Under the pieces are notes generated by a model. The model made no database searches. It was not told the origin of the DNA and saw only the letters and a program-made list of their open reading frames with translations. DNA of 64,000 nucleotides, taken from Verrucomicrobiota bacterium (GTDB taxonomy: Bacteria; Verrucomicrobiota; Verrucomicrobiia; Limisphaerales; UBA11358). Location of the stretch: contig JBEKTH010000008.1 in the NCBI GenBank assembly GCA_049516255.1, positions 16,449 to 80,448 of the forward strand. Direction: 5' to 3'. Below, one piece after another: positions 29,435 to 37,020 of this stretch. The stretch's first letter is position 1; each line of letters opens with the position of its first letter. The position numbers and the translations under genes were made by a program.

Positions 29435-29664
29435 AAAGGAAATTTGGGCGAAAATACATTAGTTGTCAAATGATTTTGAATAAAAAGATAAATAAAAGAC
29501 TTGTATTATTTCACAGTCATTGTATGTTTGGGTTGTGAGGAGGGTAACGAGCGCGGCGTGATGGGGCCGAACACGTGCGGCGCGATGACATAAAAGACAC
29601 CGGCCAACTGGTGAAAATCTCATGCCAGAGAACCAGTTGGCCGGTAGGCAAACAAAGCCCTGAA

Positions 29665-30776
29665 GGTGCTAGTAACACCAACAGGGCGCAACCAATAGGC
29701 CAATGACCTAGCGATTGCGAATCCTTGCAGATTCTCGCACACGTTAAGTCATGGCCGACAGAAAGTCGAGCCAAAAATGACAACGTGTCATTGCTGTAAC
29801 GGAAAATGTCGTAAATCGGGTTCTTATCGTAACCGCAACCGCATCGTCCAACGCTATGCCTGCGACCGCTGCGGGAAGTCATTCAGTGAATCCCAACCGC
29901 TGGACGGCCTGCGCGTGGACTTTGATAAGGCCTGTCAGGTCGTCCACATGCTCTGTGAATCCGTAGGCATCCGACCGATTGAACGCCTTACCGGATTGAG
30001 CCGTCCGACCGTATTAACCGTTTTGGAAACCGCAGGCCAAAAGGCCGCTGATTTTCTGAAAGAGAAAGTCCATGACGTGCGAACCAATTGGGTTCAGGCA
30101 GATGAAGTTCACGGATTTGTTTTCTCAAAGCAGATTAACACCGAACCGGGTGACTTGGAACGCGGCGAGCAATTTACTTATCTGGCCCTGGCCAATGATT
30201 CCAAGCTCATCATTAACTGGCTTGTTGGAAAGCGGACACGGGAAAACGCAATGGAGTTCATGACTGAACTCAAACGGCGCGTGACGGGTGATTTCCAACT
30301 TGCCACCGATGGATGGAAAATCTATTCGGGGCGTACAGGGACAGTGGCCACTGTGTTTGGCCACTCAATTAATTACGGCACAGAGACCAAATTCTTTGCC
30401 AAGCCGCAGTTGTGGTATATGCCCCGCAAATTGATCGGATTGCGCCGCCATCGTGTAAGCGGAAATCCAGACATCAAAATGAACACCATTTGCCATGCAG
30501 AACGCACCAACCTTAGCTTGCGGACCTTCACCCGAAGACTTACCCGATGCACCTTGGGTTATTCCAAGAAACTTGAAAACCTCAGACATTCCATTGCTCT
30601 GTTCGTTTGGCACTACAACTTCTGCCGGGTTCATTCGGCTCATGGTAAAACCCCCGCGCAAGCCGCTGGATTGACTGACCGGGTTTGGACGATTAAAGAG
30701 CTACTTTCATAAGCTTTCTTTAACCCTTATGAATTCCATCCCGAAAACCGATAGCGCAAAGTGGTTGACCATCACC
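29665..30776 (+). mobile_element. IS1-family insertion sequence (boundaries tentative)
   Basis: Contains the transposase gene. The candidate ends ggtgctagtaacacc (29665-) and ggtgatggtcaacca (reverse complement of the sequence ending at 30776) match at about 10 of 15 positions and start with GGTG as in IS1. No flanking direct repeat was found. Confidence 0.4.
29777..30712 (+). CDS. IS1-family DDE transposase, single fused ORF (zinc finger, HTH and DDE domains)
   Basis: The pattern matches IS1 InsAB': CHCCNG..QRYACDRCGKSF zinc finger, an HTH (GIRPIERLTGLSRPTVL), QADEVHGF, LATDGWKIY, and HAERTNLSLRTFTRRLTRCTLGYSKK (compare [24 protein letters not shown]). Confidence 0.85.
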   Translation: MTTCHCCNGKCRKSGSYRNRNRIVQRYACDRCGKSFSESQPLDGLRVDFDKACQVVHMLCESVGIRPIERLTGLSRPTVLTVLETAGQKAADFLKEKVHDVRTNWVQADEVHGFVFSKQINTEPGDLERGEQFTYLALANDSKLIINWLVGKRTRENAMEFMTELKRRVTGDFQLATDGWKIYSGRTGTVATVFGHSINYGTETKFFAKPQLWYMPRKLIGLRRHRVSGNPDIKMNTICHAERTNLSLRTFTRRLTRCTLGYSKKLENLRHSIALFVWHYNFCRVHSAHGKTPAQAAGLTDRVWTIKELLS

Positions 30777-31109
30777 AAAATTCGCGGAGGCTGTGAATAA
30801 CTTTCAGAAAATTCACTTGCGTGCGGCGGAAGTTATTGTTAGGAGAATTGATATAATCAAGTGTTAATCTGAGATAGATTAATCTATTTCAAGGGCAAAC
30901 AGGGCAAACATTGGGATGGAATCAACGGGCAGGCTTGATTTGGAAAGATTCGATTTCGCGAGAGAGACGTTTGTAATGCGCGAGTCGGACGATTGTGACT
31001 TAAACCCATGTTTGACCGTAAAGGAAGGTCGGCAGAGGAGCGCTATCCGGTTTCTTCCCCATTTCTACCACACCAAAACCAACCAACCAACCAAATCCAA
31101 AAACAAAAA

Positions 31110-31220
31110 ATGAAAAAAGGCACAATCATACCCCCCCTGATGGCGCTGTTTTGCAGCGCGGCATTCGTGCCGCAACGCCCCGGCCAACGCGTCGCCGGAT
31201 TTCAGAGCTCTGTAAAGTGA
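31110..31220 (+). pseudogene. Truncated signal-peptide ORF (36 codons) with a C7 tract after codon 7
   Basis: MKKGTIIPPLMALFCSAAFV then an early stop. It has the same A/C-rich leader style as the two intact secreted genes downstream. No mature domain follows. Confidence 0.35.
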
Positions 31221-31892
31221 ATGCCATTTATTCTGTTTTATATACGATAATAATAGTCGTTTTTTTGTCGGTTTTAGGCGATACGTCTCAACAAATATTG
31301 GTAAATAGTTTACTTGGATTGCTGACAAATTAGTCGTAAAACTATGTTTTTATTTAGAAATATTCCGAAATGACATTTACAAAAGTCGCAGAAAAAAACA
31401 TTTGACATATGAACAAAAAACATCATAAAGACGACAAAATAAGTCGTATTAAGAGGCCTTGTTTGAAAAACGGGCTGTAAAGGTACAAAGCCCGACAGCA
31501 TTTTGAAGTTAAGGATGAAGAATAGAATGTGATTTAACACAGTGGCTGACCGGACAACTGGAGGTTCCCATGAAAATCAAACATTTATATGTCTGTTTTA
31601 CGGAATCCAGTTCAACGTTCAGCGGCAACGACCCAGGTGGGTTTGATACGGTTGTTGCTACAGTGCCGGTTTGATTTCCGGCATAAAACATGGGGTATCC
31701 CGGTTTTTGCTTTCCCACCCGATGGGGGATTGGTTTCCGCTCCCGATCACACCGCGCTTTTACCCCTGCTCGTCACCGTCCTTTCTGATTTTTCCGACCC
31801 TGCCGTGGGAGGTAAACCCCGGAAGCCAGAATTTACCGGATTGGAATCCGGCCAGACCGGCTTTCGGAAACAACAAAACCAAAAAGGGAAAA

Positions 31893-33155
31893 ATGAAACT
31901 CAATAAAAAACACTCCTCACTGGCTGCCATTGTTGCGGCCTCACTGTCCTCACTGGCGTTTCAGGCGTCGGCGGATGTCGTCACAGATTGGAACCTGATC
32001 ACCGTCAACGCCACCAAAGTGGCGCCGGCCTTGAACAGCAACCTGGCATCCCGCATTGATGCCATTGAAGCGATTGCCGTTTATGACGCGGTCAATTCCA
32101 TTCAACAATTCGGCACGCCTTACCATTATTACTCACCCAATACCGGTTCCGCCCAGGCCGCAGCGGCGCAAGCGGCGCACGATGTCCTGGTGAATTATTT
32201 TCCAGGTCAACAAGCCGCTTTGGATGCCGACTTGACGAACAGCCTCAGCAACATCACGGACGGACCCATTGGAAATGGCCAGACCGTTGGCTCGGCGGCA
32301 GCGGCGGACATCATCGCGCTTCGGGCCAACGACGGATCGAGTCCGAATGTTTCTTACACCGGACCAACGAACATTGTGGCCGGCGCTTATCAACTGACTC
32401 CCAATAGTCCGACGGTCTCAAGCAACTTCACCTTCAACCCCGGAATCAATGAACAGTGGGGAACAGTCACGCCTTTCGTTTTGACCAACGGCAGCCAGTT
32501 CCGTCCGCCGCCCCCGCCAACGGTGGCCGGCAATAACAAGACCTATGTTCTGGCGCTGAACCAGGTGAAAACCTACGGCACGACCAACAGTCCGACGCAA
32601 ACAACGGCGGAGCAGGAAATCGCCCAGTTCTACAAGCAGGACGCGGAATTGACGGCCAACGAAGCGGCACGCGATCTGGCCTTGTCCCACAACTTGTCGC
32701 TGGCCAACGACGCGCTTTTGTTCGCCTTGGTTGACATCGCGGTCGCTGATTCGCGCATCGCGATTTGGGACGCCAAATATGCCTATCTTTACTGGCGGCC
32801 GGTCACGGCTTTGAATGCCAACCCGGATCGGACGGTGACCAACGGTTACACGGCATGGACACCGACAATCGTCACGCCGAATCATCCTGATTATCCAAGC
32901 GGTCACAGCGGTACGGTCACTGCCGCGGCGGAAGTACTGGCGTCGTTTTTCGGGGATGCGAACACCTTTACGCTGCATACCACGACGGCGGGCATATCGC
33001 CCCGGACGCTCACTTCATTATCGCAGCTCGAATCGGAAAATGGATTAAGCCGCATCTACGGCGGAATTCATTACTCCTTCGATAATCTTGAGGGTCAGGG
33101 AGTCGGCGCGCTGGTGGCGGCTTACACACTCGTGAACGGCCCTCATGCCCATTAA
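31893..33155 (+). CDS. Secreted PAP2-superfamily protein (vanadium haloperoxidase / acid phosphatase-like)
   Basis: Signal peptide, and the complete tripartite PAP2 motif: KYAYLYWRP, YPSGHSG, SRIYGGIHYSFD. Confidence 0.8.
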   Translation: MKLNKKHSSLAAIVAASLSSLAFQASADVVTDWNLITVNATKVAPALNSNLASRIDAIEAIAVYDAVNSIQQFGTPYHYYSPNTGSAQAAAAQAAHDVLVNYFPGQQAALDADLTNSLSNITDGPIGNGQTVGSAAAADIIALRANDGSSPNVSYTGPTNIVAGAYQLTPNSPTVSSNFTFNPGINEQWGTVTPFVLTNGSQFRPPPPPTVAGNNKTYVLALNQVKTYGTTNSPTQTTAEQEIAQFYKQDAELTANEAARDLALSHNLSLANDALLFALVDIAVADSRIAIWDAKYAYLYWRPVTALNANPDRTVTNGYTAWTPTIVTPNHPDYPSGHSGTVTAAAEVLASFFGDANTFTLHTTTAGISPRTLTSLSQLESENGLSRIYGGIHYSFDNLEGQGVGALVAAYTLVNGPHAH

Positions 33156-33198
33156 CCGTCAACCAATTAAACCGTAAAACCCAACAAGAATTAAAATT

Positions 33199-33945
33199 AT
33201 GAAAAAGAATATTCTACCAATCCTGATTGCCGCCACCGTTGTTCTTCCAGTTTTGTCGCAAGCTCAAATCACGAATCCCGGATTCGAGTCGGGCACGACC
33301 GGCTGGACGATTACGGCTGGAGACACCGGCAACACTTTGGGCGATTTCACCACGGTGACGTCACTTCCCGGACTTTCCCCCAATTTAACCGTCAACCCGA
33401 CTGAAGGGAGTCAGTTCGGCTTGATTTCTGATGCCCTGTTGAACTACAGCGGTTTTGGTGACACGGAAACGGTTTCACAAACCTTCACGGTGAATAGCAC
33501 GGGGATTTTGAGTCTTGATTACCTGTTCCTGACCGAAGCGGTGAATCAACCGGCCTATAATCCCAACGCACAAATAACCCTGACTCCAACCGGCGGCGAT
33601 CCGGTCACGCTGGCAAGCGTTTCCCGAAATGATCTCCAGGCAGATCCGGCGGATGCGGGCCCGCTCTCGCCGGGCGCAGCCTATGCCGTGGGGGGTGATC
33701 CGAACGACATAGGTCAGGATGCGTGGCAGACGGCATCATTTGACGTCTCTTCATTGGTCGGGCAACAAGTGACGCTGTCATTCAGCGTTTCCCAGGACGC
33801 CTATCCCAACGATTCGTTTCTGAATGACCAATTGGCCGTGGACAACATCCAGATTGTGCCGGTGCCGGAGCCAACTGCCGACGCGCTGTTAGCCGGCGGT
33901 TTCGCACTGCTCGCCATACTGAAGCTGCGAAGTAACAACTCGTAG
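33199..33945 (+). CDS. PEP-CTERM sorting-domain secreted protein
   Basis: Signal peptide. C-terminal VPVPEPTADALLAGGFALLAILKLRSN (PEP motif, TM helix, basic tail). Confidence 0.85.
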   Translation: MKKNILPILIAATVVLPVLSQAQITNPGFESGTTGWTITAGDTGNTLGDFTTVTSLPGLSPNLTVNPTEGSQFGLISDALLNYSGFGDTETVSQTFTVNSTGILSLDYLFLTEAVNQPAYNPNAQITLTPTGGDPVTLASVSRNDLQADPADAGPLSPGAAYAVGGDPNDIGQDAWQTASFDVSSLVGQQVTLSFSVSQDAYPNDSFLNDQLAVDNIQIVPVPEPTADALLAGGFALLAILKLRSNNS

Positions 33946-33959
33946 TCACCTGCAAAATC

Positions 33960-33986
33960 GCAGGCGGCAGGAAATCTGCCGCCTGC
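33960..33986 (+). terminator. Terminator-like hairpin (11-bp stem)
   Basis: gcaggcggcag / gaaat / ctgccgcctgc, 15 nt after the PEP-CTERM gene stop. No clean T-run follows. Confidence 0.5.
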
Positions 33987-34000
33987 GTTCAATACAAATT

Positions 34001-34813
34001 ATGAAACTCTCCCTCGAAAAACGTTTGCTCTGGCTTTTTCGCATTTCAGTATTCATGGAATTCGCTGGTCACGGCGCCTTCGGCATCATCGGAAAAAAAG
34101 CGTGGGTGCCCTATTTCGGAGTGGTGGGCATCCCCGAACCATGGGCTTGGAAGCTCATGCCGCTCATCGGCACGGTGGACATTTCCATTGGCATCATCAC
34201 GCTTTTATCGCCACGCCGGGCCGTTTTGTTGTATGCGACCATTTGGGGATTTTGGACCGCCTTGCTTCGTCCGCTTGCCGGCGAACCGATTTGGGAAACC
34301 ATCGAGCGCGCCGGCAACTACGGGGTTCCCCTGGCTTTTCTGCTCGCGTCGCAGGCACGCGGCTGGTTTTCAAAACTGGAAATCCGTCCCATTGACGCCG
34401 CATTGAATCATCGCCTGGCATGGATTCTTCGCGTCACCACTAGTGCCTTGCTCATCGGCCACGGCGCGTTGGAGGCAGTGATTCAAAAACCGTTGCTGCA
34501 ACAGCACCTGGCCGCCGTCGGCCTGTCGTTTGTTCCGATAACGGCGCTGGGCGGTTTTGAAATCGCCCTCGGTCTGGCCGTGCTTTTGGATTCCGCCGAC
34601 GCACTGCTGCTTTTTGCCGCCACGTGGAAAATCGTCACTGAATCGCTTTATCCGATTTCCGGTGCGCCGTTGTGGGAATTCATTGAACGCGGTGGCAGCT
34701 ACGTTGCGCCGCTGGCGCTGTTTTTTCTCATTCATCAAGCCCGAATTGTCCCCGGCAAACCGCCGACGTACCCGTCGCCGCTGGGTGTCGCGGAATCCTT
34801 TCAAAAGGCATGA
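34001..34813 (+). CDS. Eight-TM membrane protein with internal duplication (DoxX-like)
   Basis: The two halves align (GHGA...VG...LL...W...L.P..G.P.WE.IER.G.Y..PLA). No catalytic motif recognised. Confidence 0.65.
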   Translation: MKLSLEKRLLWLFRISVFMEFAGHGAFGIIGKKAWVPYFGVVGIPEPWAWKLMPLIGTVDISIGIITLLSPRRAVLLYATIWGFWTALLRPLAGEPIWETIERAGNYGVPLAFLLASQARGWFSKLEIRPIDAALNHRLAWILRVTTSALLIGHGALEAVIQKPLLQQHLAAVGLSFVPITALGGFEIALGLAVLLDSADALLLFAATWKIVTESLYPISGAPLWEFIERGGSYVAPLALFFLIHQARIVPGKPPTYPSPLGVAESFQKA

Positions 34814-34854
34814 ATGGGTCCTGTCACCGGTCTTTCAAACCCAAAGGAGCGAAC

Positions 34855-34882
34855 GCGGGCGGCGATCTCCTCCGCCGCCTGC
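34855..34882 (+). terminator. Terminator-like hairpin paralogous to 33960-33986
   Basis: gcgggcggcg / atctcctc / cgccgcctgc. It shares the 3' arm and tail ccgcctgcgttc with the upstream hairpin. Confidence 0.45.
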
Positions 34883-35036
34883 GTTCTAATTTTAATCCGT
34901 TTAACCACCACCCAGCCTGACCCTTCATGATGCCCAATCTGGAAAAATTGTTTTTTCTGTATTCAAACCGTGGCCAGCGGCGGCGCGAAGTACGCGCCCT
35001 CCTGGCGGCGGTGGAATTTCCGGCGGTGGTGAAATT

Positions 35037-35237
35037 TTATTGCCGAATCAGTGATGGCGATGGGGACACGATAGTTCGAATTATAATCGCGCTGTCGGTA
35101 ATGTGCGTGGCTTTGACGAGGCAAATCCCTTCCTGCACGCCGCTGGTACGCGCCAACTCCCCAACCTGGCCCGTGATGTAGAGGTAATCGCGCCAATGCG
35201 GCGTCTCAAACCAAAGGTGCCCGGTCAAACGCTTCAT
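35037..35237 (-). pseudogene. Truncated yjbQ-like (UPF0047) gene remnant, N-terminal ~66 codons only
   Basis: HLWFETPHWRDYLYITGQVGELARTSGVQEGICLVKATHITDSAIII matches my recollection of the YjbQ-family N-terminal half. The frame stops where the NDDE...H...GEFDG half should follow. Confidence 0.5.
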
Positions 35238-35244
35238 GCCCGCT

Positions 35245-36348
35245 TCAAATCGCCGCCGCGATGGCATCGCCCATCTCTCGCGTGCCAATTTTGCGGGCGC
35301 CGGGTTCGTGGGGACTGAAAATGTCGCCAGTGCGGTGGCCGGCTTTGATGGCCCTGGCCACGGCATCTTCAATGGCCGCCGCCGCTTCATTCAACCCGAA
35401 GCTATGGCGCAACATCAGCGCCGCCGACAAAATCTGCGCGATGGGATTCGCCAGGTTCTTCCCCGCGATGTCCGGCGCGGTGCCGCCGGCGGGTTCGTAA
35501 AAACCGAACGTTGTTTCGCCGCTCGTTGCGCCCAGGCTCGCACTGGGCAACATGCCGAGGGAACCGGCCAGCGCCGCCGCTTCGTCGCTTAAAATGTCGC
35601 CGAACATGTTTTCACACAACATCACGTCAAACTGTGCCGGCTTGAGCACGAGTTGCATGGCGGCGTTGTCCACAAACATGTGTTCCAGCGCCACGTCCGG
35701 ATAATTTCTGCCGATGCGCGTGACGACGTCGCGCCACAACACGCCATTTTCCAGCACGTTGGCCTTGTCAATGCTCGTAACCCGTTGGCGGCGCAATCGC
35801 GCCGCTTTGAATGCCACGTGGGCAATCCGTTCGATTTCCGGCGTCGTATAGACCATCGTGTCGATCGCCCGCTGCCCGCCGGCCACGTCCTCGGTTTTCT
35901 TCGGCTGGCCAAAATACAGGCCCCCGGTCAGCTCGCGCACCACGAGGATGTCAATCCCGTCACCCTGCCGTTCCGGCCGCAGCGGACACGCGTGTGCCAG
36001 CGCCTTGGGCGGCCGCACCGGACGGAGATTGGCGAACAAACCAAACTCTTTGCGAATGCGCAGCAAGGCGGCGCGTTCGGGGCGTTGCTCCTTGGGCAGG
36101 GTCGGATCCCGGTCGGGCAAACCGACCGAGCCGAACAAAATGGCGTCGACCTGTTTACACAGCGCGAGCGTGGCCTCCGGCAGCGCCTGGCCGGCCGCAT
36201 CGATGCCCGCCCAGCCCACCGGCGCTTCGGTAAGGTCGAACTGGAAACCGAATTTCTTTTCCGTGGCGCGTAAAACCTTGATGGCTTCGCGCATCACCTC
36301 CGGCCCGATGCCGTCGCCGGCCAACGCTGCAATTTTGAAATGCTTCAT
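35245..36348 (-). CDS. leuB: 3-isopropylmalate dehydrogenase
   Basis: MKHFKIAALAGDGIGPEV N-terminus, NLFGDILSDEAA-type motif (NMFGDILSDEAAAL), ~367 aa. Confidence 0.93.
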   Translation of the reverse strand: MKHFKIAALAGDGIGPEVMREAIKVLRATEKKFGFQFDLTEAPVGWAGIDAAGQALPEATLALCKQVDAILFGSVGLPDRDPTLPKEQRPERAALLRIRKEFGLFANLRPVRPPKALAHACPLRPERQGDGIDILVVRELTGGLYFGQPKKTEDVAGGQRAIDTMVYTTPEIERIAHVAFKAARLRRQRVTSIDKANVLENGVLWRDVVTRIGRNYPDVALEHMFVDNAAMQLVLKPAQFDVMLCENMFGDILSDEAAALAGSLGMLPSASLGATSGETTFGFYEPAGGTAPDIAGKNLANPIAQILSAALMLRHSFGLNEAAAAIEDAVARAIKAGHRTGDIFSPHEPGARKIGTREMGDAIAAAI

Positions 36349-36441
36349 GAGTCTGGAACCGCGATGCTACGGTTTTGGCGCGCGGTGACAACGGAATTTT
36401 ACACACTCGACATTTGGCGGTTGGAATTCAAAATCCGCGCC

Positions 36442-37017
36442 ATGGCTTTGCCTTACAAGGTCGCCACGTTGCTTTACTGTTTCAACGAACAGGACGAAGT
36501 GCTGTTGCTGGAACGCGCGCAGGAACCGAACCGCGGATTCTGGAGTCCCTGCGGCGGCAAGTTGAAAATGGACCTCGGTGAATCGCCTTATGCCTGCGCC
36601 TGCCGGGAAGCCGGGGAGGAACTGGGCATCCAGGTCCAGGCGCCGGATTTGCACTTGACCGGCCTGGTCAGTGAACACGGTTATCAAGGCCGGACGCATT
36701 GGTTGATGTTTCTGTTCGAAGTGAAGGTGAAGGTGAACGCACTGCCACCGCCGCACGCCGAAGGGCGGTTTGAGTTTTTCCCGCGGGCGGCGCTGGCCGC
36801 GTTGAACATTCCCCGGACCGACCGCGAACAAATCTGGCCCTGGTTCTGGCAACATCGCGGCGGTTTTTTCGCAGCGCATTGTCATTGCCATCCGGACGGA
36901 CGCAACGAGTGGACGCTCGAAGAGTCGAGAGCCGAGAGCCGAGGGTCGAGGGCCAAAAAGAAATTTCCCGGCACAACGCGTCGTGCGCCCGGCTCTCGAC
37001 GCTCGACCCTCGACTGA
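36442..37017 (+). CDS. NUDIX hydrolase
   Basis: Nudix box GESPYACACREAGEELGI. Start at the MALPYKV Met. The last ~30 codons are encoded by the heptamer-repeat element. Confidence 0.8.
   Translation: MALPYKVATLLYCFNEQDEVLLLERAQEPNRGFWSPCGGKLKMDLGESPYACACREAGEELGIQVQAPDLHLTGLVSEHGYQGRTHWLMFLFEVKVKVNALPPPHAEGRFEFFPRAALAALNIPRTDREQIWPWFWQHRGGFFAAHCHCHPDGRNEWTLEESRAESRGSRAKKKFPGTTRRAPGSRRSTLD
36924..36952. repeat. Tandem heptamer array, 4 units of GYCGAGR (gtcgaga gccgaga gccgagg gtcgagg)
   Basis: Read directly from the sequence. Lies in the NUDIX 3' coding end. Confidence 0.9.
36994..37014. repeat. Tandem heptamer array, 3 units of NCTCGAC (tctcgac gctcgac cctcgac), the reverse-complement family of 36924-36952
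   Basis: Read directly from the sequence. Ends at the NUDIX stop codon (37015-37017). Confidence 0.9.
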
Positions 37018-37020
37018 TTT

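Noticed and set aside
27786-29453. 11-nt direct repeat gaaatttgggc at 27786-27796 and 29443-29453, flanking island genes B-D, considered as a possible att or target duplication
   Set aside because: With about 2e9 position pairs in a 64-kb window, hundreds of exact 11-mer matches are expected by chance. The flanks do not extend the match.
29517-29882. 121-aa minus-strand ORF spanning the hairpin and the 5' end of the IS1 transposase gene
   Set aside because: It overlaps the well-supported transposase start and crosses the putative IS boundary. No motifs were recognised.
31310-31540. 76-aa minus-strand ORF and neighbouring short ORFs (31065-31328, 31509-31718, 30916-31113) in the AT-rich stretch
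   Set aside because: The sequence is Phe/Asn/Lys-rich as expected from AT-rich DNA. There is no ribosome-binding site or recognisable domain, and the ORFs mutually overlap.
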